Origin: Mustelus asterias
Lineage: Eukaryota
Direction of reading: 5' to 3'
Assembly: GCF_964213995.1 (NCBI RefSeq)
Contig: NC_135808.1
Location: 25,668,001-25,732,000, forward strand
Length of the DNA: 64,000 nt
Below are positions 47,094 to 58,925 of this stretch, one piece after another. Below the pieces are notes generated by a model that had not been told where the DNA came from, made no database searches, and saw only the letters and a program-made list of their open reading frames with translations. The position numbers and the translations under genes were made by a program. Positions within the stretch are counted from its first letter, which is position 1. The number at the start of each line of letters is the position of its first letter.

Positions 47094-49092
47094 GTAAGTG
47101 ACTATGACAACTGAATCTGTGTCAACCTGTGCAGCAAATGATTTCTGGTTTGATGCTGTGACAAATGCTTTCACTCCTGATATAAACGTCACTATTATAC
47201 AGGCACCTGGTTTGCTACCATTTTGTAAGTTAGATATTCTGAATCAATATCATGTTTTAACCCATTCCTTAAACAGGCAAAAAACCAACGGGTAACTCGC
47301 CATTGTCAAGTTATTTCATTTAGTGGAATATTATGTACAGCTGAATCAGAAAACCAGGGAATTCTCAAAGAGAAGATCTTACTGGACCTATTTCATTTAC
47401 TGGTTCACAGGATGTGAGCGCCACTGGCCAGTCCAGCATTTAATGTCCATTCCTGATTGCCCTTGAGGAGTTGGTGCTGAGCTGCCTTTTTAATCGTCTC
47501 CTGTCCATGTTTTTTGGATCCACCCACGAAGATGTTCGGAATGGTTTTCGACGATTTTGACCTATAGACGGTGAAAGAACAATGAAATATTTCCAAGTCA
47601 GGATGGTGTGCAACTTGGAGACGAGCTTGCAGGTGGTGTCCTTCCCATGGATTTGCTGCACTTGTACTTCTAGGTGATAGTGGTCACGACTTTTGATGGT
47701 GCCATTGAAGAAACCTTGGTTGTTTGCTCAATGTGTCGTGTACAAAGCAAACTGCTGCCATGGTGGACGAAGCAAATGGTTAAGATGGTTTATGGGGTTG
47801 CCGCATCAGTTGACTGCTTTACCCTTGATGATGTGGATTTTTTTTAAGTGTGTCTTGGTAGACCAGCTCTGATTTCGGCACTTGGAGACTATTCCATTAA
47901 ATGTCTGACTCATCTCTGCATTCAATGAGGCTGTGTCAATCCTCAAAAAAAACTAACAGATGGACAGGGGAATACGTTGGCTCCTTTCTCTCTCCACAAA
48001 TGCTGTCAAATCTGCTGAGTTTTTCCAGCATTATATGTTTTTTGATTCAGATTGCAGCAACCGCAGGAATATTTTTGGTGTTCACTAGCGTTTGTGAATT
48101 ACTGCATCAAGTGAAACATATTAATATTGCTGCGTTTCGTCTTGAACAACAGCAACTTAAATAAATGTGAACTAATTACTGACAGGTAAAAAGCTAAGCT
48201 GTACTGTATTCAAATTCACTGCAGAATGTCTTACCCTTATTCTGTGTACTGTTACTGTTAAGATTTTAGTTGTTTGACTGCTAATTGTCCCTTCTCCCAG
48301 CATCATCTGGAGAATCTAAGTGCTGTCTGTTTTATGATCTGTCTGTGATAGGGGCTGAATATTGGTCTTTTGTTGTAGAATTGTACACTTCTGTATCTGA
48401 TTAATATCTGATGGGTCAGTAAATATCAATGATTCAGAGTCTCCATATACGAAACCTGCATTGTACTCTGGTCTTAGCTCACCAAGATGTGACCCATCAA
48501 AGAAAGGCAAATATAACTGAAAAACATAGTCATGAAACAGAGATCAGTCCGACCACAGTAGGTGTTATCATGATTGAACTCTTTATTATTAAATGAATAT
48601 TGCACTGCTTCAGTAAGTAAACCAGCCCAAATCTGTGGTGTTAAAAATAACTTGGTTTTAATTAGTTTGTTTACATATATTCAAAATACACAGAACAGCA
48701 TTAAATTTAATTCCAAGAAACAACCTCTTTGGTTTGTGTCAGTATTCACGCTCCTCACGAGCCGATCCCCAACCTTCTTCATCGAATCCAGTCACCATAT
48801 TCTTCTTATGTTTTCGACCTCGCGTAACTGCCGAGTTTCCACTCCGATAAATCTGATCCCAGTTGACCGGGTTCGCCCTTCGAAAGATTCCCTCATTGAA
48901 GACAGTTACCCTTAAGGCGCTTTTGTATTTATTAATGACCATTTTATGGTGATAGTCCCTAAAGTTAGAGAGTCCACTACTTGGAAATAACTTCTCTATC
49001 AAATCCATTTATTACCTTACATCCTCCATTAGATTTGCCCTCAGCCTTCCTTTTTCTAATGAAAACGCCACAAATAATGTATTCCCTTCTTT

Positions 49093-49391
49093 GGGGCTGC
49101 ACGGTCCCATAGTGATTAGCGCTGCTGCCTCACAGCATCAGGGACCCAGATTCCATTCCAGCCTTGGGTCATTGTCTGTGTGGAGTTTGCATAATCTCCC
49201 TGTGTCTGCTTGGATTTACTCCGGGTGACCCGGTTTCCTCCCACAGTCCAAGATATGCAGGTTAGGTGAATTGGCCATGCTCAATTCTCCCTTAGTGTAC
49301 ACGATCAGGTACTGGATTGTGACGACTAGGGGATTTTCACAGTAACTTCATTGCAGTGTTAGTACACGCTGACTTGTATCTAATAAATAAA
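49093..49391 (+). mobile_element. V-SINE variant with the alternative tail
   Basis: tRNA-like head, V-domain and ACTAGGGGATTTTCACAGTAACTTCATTGCAGTG...AATAAATAAA tail. Absent in unit 2. Confidence 0.85.
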
Positions 49392-50648
49392 TATCAACTG
49401 CTCCTGGTGAAGCAGTTTGCACCTTCTTATGTTTCCCCACATATACTTTCCCCTTTAATAGAGACTTTACGTAATCTATTAATTAAAAAGTTTGATTTCC
49501 TACACACGTTTAATATGAAATTTCAAGCTCATTCATGATCTGAGAAACCTCTATTATGTCTGGCCTCAACCTACTTTGCTCCCTGTAAAAAGTTCAATAC
49601 ATTCTTATATTTGGGAAATGCATGTTCATCGAACACACGCACCCATAATGTACACATTGCAATGGATATTCTATATACATTTGTAATTTAAAAAATCCTC
49701 TGATTTTCAATAATTTTCCTTTAGAAATGAACATCGGCATCCCGTTTCAATATTTATGGTCTCATTAAATTACATTGTGATTGTATTATTTTGCAATCAA
49801 TCTGAACATCTGCAACCCTTTACAAGTTCCAGTATTTTCCCAATTATCTCCCACTTTCCATGCTCTGGCATTTGTTTGAACTTGATCCCCATCTCGCTCT
49901 TTCCCTCTCTCTTGTATGTGTTGATTCATGTTTCACTCCTCTGTGCTTCTGTTTTCTCCCTCTGATTTGGCTGCTGAAATCATCTATCACAGCCTGTCTT
50001 TCCCGTTGATGACTTGCTTTCTATGTTCCTTCTCCTCAATATTTCTTCTCCTCTGTATTATCTTTGCCTCTCTGAACTCACTATTCATTGTCCCTCCATC
50101 TATCCCTTCCCCATTTCAGCACTATTGCTGTTCCCCCTTTGCCCTTTTTCCCTCGTACCACTTGTTGTCCTGGTCTCTCTCTCTCCTCTCTTTCTTCCTC
50201 ACGCTCTCCTCTGCCTTCCATATGTTTTATCGCTTTACAATATAATACTTATTTTACATTTTCAGGCTCTAGATCCTCTTTCACTGCCTCATACTCTCCT
50301 AACTGTCTCACTTAAATTACGCTTTTTGTTCTGCTGGCAGTGGTACAATGTGGATGGACCCTTATGTACCTCACAATGACTTTCCTCAATTCCAAGTCCG
50401 AAGGCTCAGGCTTCACGGTTCGCACATGAAACGTGAAGAACCTGAAACCAGTTTCTTCACACTTCTTTGAAATATTGCAGTGCCGTGGTACTCACGCACT
50501 AACCCACTTCAGCTGAACAAAAAATGTGGTGAACTATGAGATTGTTCAGGGTTTGTGATGCAATATCGGGAGTTTTATACTGTGATCTGACATGGAAGAT
50601 GTTTCATCAGAAATTTCCAGTCAATTTTCCATTTTCTTTTTCTAACAG

Positions 50649-51559
50649 TTAATTTATTGGCGATTGTGATCCTGTCACGGGGAAAGTGCGGCCTTTCCCA
50701 CTGCACGACGCTTTACCTGGTGGCCATGGCAACAGCGGATTTAATGGTCATTCTCTTTTGGACAATATTGTGGCGGATCAATTCTTACTATTTCGCAGGA
50801 TCATTCCTGGACATCACTCCTGTTTGCAGTGTTATCATTGTTATGTCTTATGCAGCAACAGAATGTTCTGTCTGGTTCACCGTCACTTTCTCCTTTGATC
50901 GATTTGTGGCCATTTGTTGGCATCAGCTGAAAATGAAATATTGCACCAAGAAAACTGCAACTGCTGTTCTAGCAACAACAGGCATTCTAATTTCTTTAAA
51001 GGATATTCCATTCTACTTTACAGTTGAACCTGCAGAGGTACTTGACAATGTTCCCTGGTTCTGTAAAGAAAGATCCATCTATTATACTGATGCTGCATGG
51101 ATGGGATTTGACTGGTTTGATAAGGTATTAACACTATTCCTCCCATATGTTCTAATCCTGTTGCTCAATGCTCTGACAGTCAGATACATTTTAGTGAAGA
51201 GTCAAGTGCGTAAAGGACTTAAGGGTCAGAGCAAGGAATATAATCCCAGTGACCCAGAGATGGAGAGCAGAAGGAAGTCCGTGATTTTACTCTTCACCAT
51301 ATCTGGCACATTCATTATTTTATGGCTTGCATATATTATAGACTTCACCTTTTATAACATTATAGGCATTCATCGAGAATATTACAACGATGCTTTTTCT
51401 ATATTTGCCGAAATTGGGCTTATGATGCTCAGTTTAAATTGCTGTACAAATGCATTCATTTATGGGGTGACACCGTCCAAGTTCAGGGAGCAGTTCAAGA
51501 GTGCAGTGAAATATCCGGTTATATCAATTATTAAATTCTTGCGCAAACAAAACGACTGA
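50649..51559 (+). CDS. Intact exon 2 of GPR139-like class A GPCR copy 3 (end of TM1 to C-terminus)
   Basis: Strong acceptor TTTTCTTTTTCTAACAG|TT. The open frame reads NLLAIVILSRGKCGLS, AMATADL (TM2), TPVC, SVWFTVTFSFDRFVAIC (TM3), LPYVLILLLNAL (TM5), SVILLFTISGTFIILW (TM6), NCCTNAFIY..SKFR (TM7/H8). These motifs resemble GPR139/GPR142. Confidence 0.9.
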
Positions 51560-52531
51560 GAGCAGCCAGGTGTTGAAGAAGGTGCATGTGCTAGAAGCTC
51601 TTCCATAGGCGTGGAGGGTTCTGGGAGTTGAAGGAGTTGACTGACATAAAGAGGATTATATGAGCTGAAGGATACAACATAGGGATTGGAGAAGTTGCCA
51701 AAATAGGAAATAGAATAGGGGCTGGACGAACAACACAGGTATGAGGATCTAGGAGCTGATTATTGGAAAGCAGAAATCAGGACTCACCAGAGTCTCTAAA
51801 TGGCTTAATAAATATGTGTTGACTGTTTGCACCAATCTTTCACTGCAGAGACATATTGACTCAACAATAAATTTCCCCTATCTGGCAAAGTGATTGGAAC
51901 TGGAAAACAATTCTTCTTTTCATCAAAGTAACATTCTCCATGAAAATCTGATCAGCGTTAACCGCAGCAAGTTCTACCATGCACTATTGTCTTTGCATTT
52001 TCAATCCTGCAAGTTCCATCTGTTTATTTTTAGCTCCGTTTTGGAAACAGTCTCTTTTTAAAAAAGTAAATCAAGTTTGAAATCCCCGTTATCCATCGGG
52101 CCAACAAAGTTACAATATGCCACAGTTTAGCCAAACAAAATAAACTCGACTCTACAAAGAGAGAAATGTAGAACAATTTGCAATATCTACCTGCCAAAGG
52201 GATGGAATTGGAACATAATGAATTAACTGTCAAACTGTGGCGGAAGTCACCAGAATGCAGAATAAAAGACAGGTGTGACCATGAAAATTCCATTATCTCT
52301 CAACATACCATCCCGACATCAGTGACCTCTGCAAGTTACACAATGCTGTTAAAATTCTGGCCCGCTCACAAGGGATTTCACTGCATCAGTAGTGACGATC
52401 AAGCCTCTGAATGGTCCTTAACCAGTGACCTTCCACAAACTTCAGAGCTCCCCAGGAACTCGCCAGAGCACTAACTGTCTGGATCCTGCTCAGAACTGTC
52501 AAGGCTTTCCTGTGTGCCACAAAACACACAT

Positions 52532-55500
52532 TAGACCATAAGACCATAAGACATAGGAGCGGAAGTAAGGCCATTCGGCCCATCGAGTCCACTCCACCAT
52601 TCAATCATGGTTGATTTCAACTCCATTTACCCGCTCTCTCCCCATAGCCCTTAATTCCTCGAGAAATCAAGAATTTATCAATTTCTGTCTTGAAGACGCT
52701 CAACGTCTCGGCCTCCACAGCCCTCTGTGGCAATGAATTCCACAGACCTACCACTCTCTGGCTGAAGAAATTTATCCTCATCTCTGTTCTAAAGTGACTC
52801 CCTTTTATTCTAAGGCTGTGCCCCCGCGTCCTAGTCTCCCCTGCTCATGGAAACAACTTCCCTACGTCCATCCTATCTAAGCCGTTCATTATCTTGTAAG
52901 TTTCTATCAGATCTCCCCTCAACCTCCTAAACTCCAATGAATATAATCCCACGATCCTCAGACGTTCATCGTATGTCAGGCCTACTATTCCTGGGATCAT
53001 CCGTGTGAATCTCCACTGGACCCGCTCCAGTGCCAGTATGTCCTTCCTGAGGGGTGGGGCCCAAAATTACTCACAGTACTCCAAATGGGGCCTAACCAGT
53101 GCTTTATAAAGCCTCAGAAGTACATCCCTGCTTTTGTATTCCAAGCCTCTTGAGATAAATGACAACATTACATTTGCTTTCTTAATTACGGACTCAACCT
53201 GCAAGTTTACCTTTAGAGAATCCTGGACTAGGACTCCCAAGTCCCTTTGCACTTTAGCATTATGAATTTTGTCACCGTTTAGAAAATAGTCCATGCCTCT
53301 ATTCTTTTTTCCAAAGTGCAAGACCTCGCACTTGCCCACGTTGAATTTCATCAGCCACTTCTTGGACCACTCTCCTAAACTGTCTAAATCTTTCTGCAGC
53401 CTCCCCACCTCCTCAATACTACCTGCCCCTCCACCTATCTTTGTATCATCGGCAAACTTGGCCAGAATGCCCCCAGTCCCGTCATCTAGATCGTTAATAT
53501 ATAAAGAGAACAGCTGTGGCCCCAACACTGAACCCTGCGGGACACCACTTGTCACCGGTTGCCATTCTGAGAAAGAACCTTTTATCCCAACTCTCTGCCT
53601 TCTGTCTGACAGCCAATCGTCAATCCATGTTAGTACCTTGCCTCGAATACCATGGGCCCTTATTTTACTCAGCAGTCTCCCGTGAGGCACCTTGTCAAAG
53701 GCCTTTTGGAAGTCAAGATAGATAACATCCATTGGCTCTCCTTGGTCTAACCTATTTGTTATCTCTTCAAAGAACTCTAACAGGTTTGTCAGGCACGACC
53801 TCCCCTTACTAAATCCATGCTGACTTGTCCTAATCCGACCCTGCACTTCCAAGAATTTAGAAATCTCATCCTTAACGATGGATTCTAGAATTTTGCCAAC
53901 AACTGAGGTTAGGCTAATTGGCCTATAATTTTCCATCTTTTTTCTTGTTCCCTTCTTGAACAGTGGGGTTACAACAGCGATTTTCCAATCCTCTGGGACT
54001 TTCCCTGACTCCAGTGACTTTTGAAAGATCATAACTAACGCCTCCACTATTTCTTCAGCTATCTCCTTTAGAACTCTAGGATGTAGCCCATCTGGGCCCG
54101 GAGATTTATCAATTTTCAGACCTTTTAGTTTCTCTAGCACTTTCTCCTTTGTGATGGCATCCATATTCAACTCTGCCCCCTGACTTTCCTGAATTGTTGG
54201 GATATTACTCATGTCTTCTACTGTGAAGACTGACGCAAAGTTCCTCAGCTATTTCCTTGTCTCCCATCACTAGATTACCAGCGTCATTTTGGAGCGGCCC
54301 AATGTCTACTTTTACCTCCCGTTTGTTTTTAATGTAATTAAAGAAACTTTTACTATCATTCCTAATGGTACTGGCTAGCCTACCTTCATATTTGATCCTC
54401 TCCTTCCTTATTTCTCTCTTTGTTATCCTCTGTTTGTTTTTATAGCCTTCCCAATCTTCTGACTTCCCACTACTCTTTGCCACATTATAGGCTCTCTCGT
54501 TTGCCTTGATGCATTCCCTGACTTCCTTTGTCAGCCATGGCTGCCTAATCCCCCCTCTGATAACCTTTCTTTTGTTTGGGATGAACCTCTGCACTGTGTC
54601 CTCAATTACTCCCAGAAACTCCTGCCATTGCTGTTCTACTGTCTTTCCCACTAGGCTCTGCTTCCAGTCGATTTTTGTCAGTTCTTCCCTCATGCGCCTG
54701 TAATTACCTTTATTTAACAGTAGAACCTTCACATCTGATTCTGCCTTCCTTCTTTCAAATTGCAGACTGAATTCTACCATATTATGATCACTGCTTCCTA
54801 AGTGTTCCCTTACTTTAAGATCTTTTATCACGTCTGGCTCATTACATAACACTAAGTCCAGAATAGCCTGTTCCCTCGTGGGCTCCATCACAAGCTGTTC
54901 CAAAAAGCCATCCTGTAAACATTCAATGAATTCCCTTTCTTTGGATCCACTGGCAACATTATTTACCCAGTCCACCTGCATATTGAAATCCCCCATGATC
55001 ACTGTGACCTTGCCTTTCTGACATGCCCTTTCTATTTCGTGGTGCATTTTGTGCCCCTGGTCCTGACCACTGTCAGGAGGCCTGTACATAACTCCCATTA
55101 TGGTTTTTTTGCCTTTGTGGTTCCTCAACCCTACCCACACAGACTCCACATCGTCTGACCCTATGTCGTTTAGTGCTATTGATTTAATTTCATTTCTAAT
55201 TAACAAGGCAACCCCGCCCCCTCTACCCACCTCTCTGTCTTTTCGATAGGTTGTGAATCCCTGGATGTTTAACTGCCAGTCCTGAACCCCCTGCAACCAC
55301 GTCTCTGTGATGCCTACCACATCATACCTGCCAGTCACAATCTGGGCCACAAGCTCATCTACCTTGTTCCGGACACTGCGGGCATTTAAATATAGCACCT
55401 TTAATTCCCTATTGACCATCCCTTTTTGTTTTCGTAGTGTGGTGGACCTTGGTTTACTGAGCCTTTCCAGACACTGTGTCATATTTTGTGAGATGGGGAC

Positions 55501-56037
55501 TATCGTAACCTCTCCTGAGCGCTGTCTTTTCGTGATTTTTTGTAATCCTAAGCAGCTACGCTTCCCACTGATTCCTTCACCTCTTGGTTCCCTGACTTTC
55601 CCTTCCCCCCCAATCTCTAGTTTAAAGTCCTATTGACCACCCTATTTACTCTCTTCGCCAGAACACTGATCCCAGCTCGGTCCAGGTGGAGACCATCCCA
55701 ACGGTATAGGTCCCCCCTGCCGCAAAACTGATGCCAGTGTCCCATGAAAAAGAACCCCTCTTTCCCACACCACTCTTTCAGCAACGTGTTAACTTCCCTT
55801 ATTCTTGCCTCCCTATGCCAATTAGCACGTGGCTCGGGCAGTAATCCGGAGATTATGACCCTTGAGGACCTGTTTTTTAATTTGAATCCTAGCTCTTTAT
55901 AATCTCTAAACAGGTCCTCTTTCCTAGACTTGCCTATGTTGTTGGTACCAACATGGACCACAACAACTGGATCCTCCCCCTCCCTCTCCAGTATCCTTTC
56001 AAGCCGGTCAGAGATGTCCCGCACCCTAGCACCGGGC
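52532..56037 (-). mobile_element. Young, long CR1 LINE: ORF1 esterase C-terminus plus complete EN-RT ORF2 with two visible lesions
   Basis: ORF1 55617..(PGARVRDIS, VHVGTNN, DGLHL). EN 54205..55482 (YLNARS, GITETW, GDFN, SDH). Small deletion/frameshift at ~54240. RT 53067..54212 (KFADDTK) ends at a premature TAA after LEYCE. Tail (TCTTATGG)n at 52532. Confidence 0.97.
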
Positions 56038-56040
56038 CGG

Positions 56041-56655
56041 ACAGGAGCAGGGATGTGTTGCAACTATACAGGGCCTTTGTGAGGACACTTAGAGCACTGT
56101 GTCCAGTTTTGGTCTCCTTTTCTGAGGAAAGATGTTCTTGCTCTTGAGGAAGTGCAGCGAAGATATACCAGGCTGATTTCGGGAATAGCAGGACTCATGC
56201 ATGAGGAGAGATTGACCAGGTGAGGATGGTTTTCGCTGGAGTTCAGACAAAAGAGGGGGGGAACTCATCGAAACTTATAAAGTTCTAAGAGGTCCAGGCA
56301 GCATAGATATAGGGAGTATGTTCCCGATGGTGTGGGAATCCTGACGCAGGGGCCACAGTCTGAGGATTCAGGGTAGGCCATTTAGGGCGGAGGTGAGGAG
56401 GCATTTCTTCACCCAAAGACTGATGAGCCTGTGGAATTCATTAGCACAGGAAATAGTTGATGCAAAAACATTGAATGTATTCAAGAGGTGGCTGGATAAA
56501 GCACTTGGGACGAATGGGATCAAAGGTTATGGGGAGAAAACAGAATTAGGCTATTGAATTGGATGATCAGACATGGTCGTAATGAATGGTGGAGCAGGCT
56601 CGAAGGGTCAAATTACCTCCCTCTACTCCTGTCTTCTATGTTTCTATGTTTCTAT
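56041..56655 (+). mobile_element. Degraded CR1 3' fragment
   Basis: RSRDVLQLYRAFVR...VQFWSP remnants. Tail TTCTATGTTTCTATGTTTCTA. Confidence 0.8.
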
Positions 56656-56659
56656 ATTG

Positions 56660-58240
56660 TGAACTCAGGATAGTGAATGGTTTGGTGGGGAACTCCCTTG
56701 TGGTGGTGATCCCGGGTGCCTGATGTTCTTGTCCTTCTAGGTGGTAGCAGTCATTCGTTTGGGAGGTGCTGCCTAAGGAGCCACGTTGAGTTCCTCCAGT
56801 GCAGAGTTCAGGTGGTACATACAGACGGCTGCCACTGTTCATTGGTGATGGAGGGACTGGGTTTTTGTGAAAGATAGAGCAATCACACGGGCTGCTTTGT
56901 CCTGGTAGATGTCAAGCGTCTTGAGTGTTCCTGGAGCAGCACTCATCCAAGCAAGTGGAGACGATCCCATTGCCGTACTGTCTTCTGCCATGCACATGGT
57001 GGACAGATTTATGGGATTCCGGAAGTGAGTTACACGCCTCAGGGTTCCTGGCCTTTGAACTGTTCTGGTAACCATAGTATTTATGTGGCTAGTCCAGTTC
57101 AGTTTCTCATCAATGGCAAATTCCATAACGTTGATAGTGGGAGATTCAGTGATGATAATGCCATCGAATATCAAGTGGCGTTTGTTAGATCCTCTCTTGT
57201 TGGAAATGGCCATTGCCTGACACTTGTGTGGCGTGAATGTTACTTGTCATTTGTCATCGCAAGCCTAGATATTGTCCAGGCCTTGTTGCATTTGGACATG
57301 AACTGCTCCAGTACTTATGGAGTCGCGAATGGTGCTGAACACAGTACAGTCATCAACGAACATCCCCACCTCTGACCTTATGGTGGAAGGGAGTTCACAG
57401 ATGAAGCAGCTGAATTTGGCTGGACCTAGGACAGGATCCTGAGGTACTCCTGCAGTGACGTCCTGGAGTTGATTTGATTGAACTTAGCCACCTTAACCAT
57501 CTTCCTTGTGCCTTGTACGATTCCAACAAGTGGAAAGGTTTCCTCCAGTTCCCTTTGACTATTTTTGCACAGATCCTTTAATGCCCGACTCGATCAAATG
57601 CTGTCTTAATGACAAGTACAGTCACTATCACCTCACTTCTGGTCATGTTGGATGTGCCAAGCAATAACTTACAGATTGTAGTTGAGTAAAATTCTGCTCC
57701 TGATGTCCCACAGTGCCTCATACCTTGAGAGTGGCTAGCTCTGTTCAAATTCTATCCCATTTTCTCTATTGGTATGCGACTGAGGATAGCCTCAATGTGA
57801 GAATGGAAATTTGTCTCCACTAGGATTGTGCGGTGGTCGCTCTCACCGATATAGTCATGCCTCTTCAGTGTGCAGGTTGGTGAGGTATGTTTGTCGCTCT
57901 TGCCTCACCAGCTGCCGCAGTCCCAGTCTAGCATATATGTCTTTTTTGGACCCGGTCAGCTCTGTGTTTACTGCTTCGACCTTTCTGTACCTTTGCATCC
58001 TCAGTTCTCCCTCCATGTGGTGTTCACTCACATAGGCATGGAGGGAAGGGCGGCAGTTTTCCTTCCATGTCATGCATTAGTGAAAGTGCTGTGTTTATAC
58101 ATCAATCGCCACTGGTGAATGGTTTCATGGTCATCATTAACCTTTTAATTCTTGATGGTTCATTGAGCTTTTCTCTTCCACCATTTGTCGTGCATTTCTC
58201 TGGATTACTGGCCAAACAACAATACCAATGTGTCACCCCA
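56660..58240 (-). mobile_element. Degraded family-B LINE RT region
   Basis: ORF 56839..57213(-): MAISNKR...IITESPTINV...DEKLNWTSHINT...LRRVTH...PLAWMSAAP. Confidence 0.75.
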
Positions 58241-58569
58241 TCATAGAATCATAGAATCCCTACAATGCAGAAGGAGGCCATTCGGCCCATTGAGTCTGCT
58301 CCGACCACAATCCCACCCAGGTCCAATCCCCATACCCTGTGCATTTACCCTAGCTAGTCCCCTGACACTAAGTGGCATTTAGCAAGGCCAATCCACCTAA
58401 CCCACACATCTTTGGCCTGTGGGAGGAAACCAGAGAACCCGGAGGAAACCTAAGCAGACATGGGAAGAATGTGCAGACTCTGCACAGACAGTGACCCAGG
58501 CCGGTAATCGAACACGGGTCCCTGGCGTTGTGAGGCAGCAGTGCTAACCACTGTGCCACCATGCCGCCC
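58241..58569 (-). mobile_element. Full-length HE1-like V-SINE
   Basis: Antisense head GGGCGGCATGGTGGCACAGTGG, V-domain and (ATTCTATG)n tail. Confidence 0.9.
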
Positions 58570-58574
58570 ACCTT

Positions 58575-58925
58575 CTATCTTGTTAGCTCATTGTGTCTCT
58601 GTTATTCACTGTTTTCTTTCATAACTCTAGCTCCCGGACCTCGTACTTCTTTTCCTCATCCACACATCATTGTTTCTGTATGGCGCAGCTTATGTATCCT
58701 CCCTCCATACCTACAACTGTCAATATTCTTTCCTTTCCATCCCTCACCTTTTCTTTCAGTTTTCCTTCTTGCTGTCTTCCTTTTCTTTCTTTGTCTTCCT
58801 TTTCTTTATTTATCTATCTTTCCTGTTTCTTTTTCTCTTTCTGTCCTCCCTTCTCCCTCTCTTTCATGTTTTCTCGCTTCCCCTTTTTCTTTTCCTCTTT
58901 CCTTCTTCTTTCTTTATCCTTTTCA
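58575..58925. repeat. Pyrimidine-rich low-complexity tract (similar tracts at 30240-30560 and 49870-50330)
   Basis: CT-rich composition without a fixed period. Confidence 0.75.

Larger units (their letters stand above)
16745..52530 (+). repeat. Tandem segmental duplication: unit 2 (~16745-33740) and unit 3 (~40723-52530)
   Basis: Colinear blocks 16745-17880/40723-41880, 19240-21500/42345-44560, 22900-25770/45080-47940, 27975-29830/47940-49780, 30570-31640/50805-51855 and 33065-33740/51860-52530. Roughly 75-90% identity by eye. Unit 1 shares more diverged blocks (3100-3260, 7560-9390, 13729-15800). Confidence 0.9.

Noticed and set aside
50657-51559. Single-exon gene starting at the ORF-track start
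   Set aside because: The start is a TTG just downstream of a canonical splice acceptor at 50648. The first half of TM1 must come from exon 1.
55950-56150. Twin-priming inversion of a single LINE
   Set aside because: Each side has its own 3' tail and a different level of decay, so they are two separate elements.
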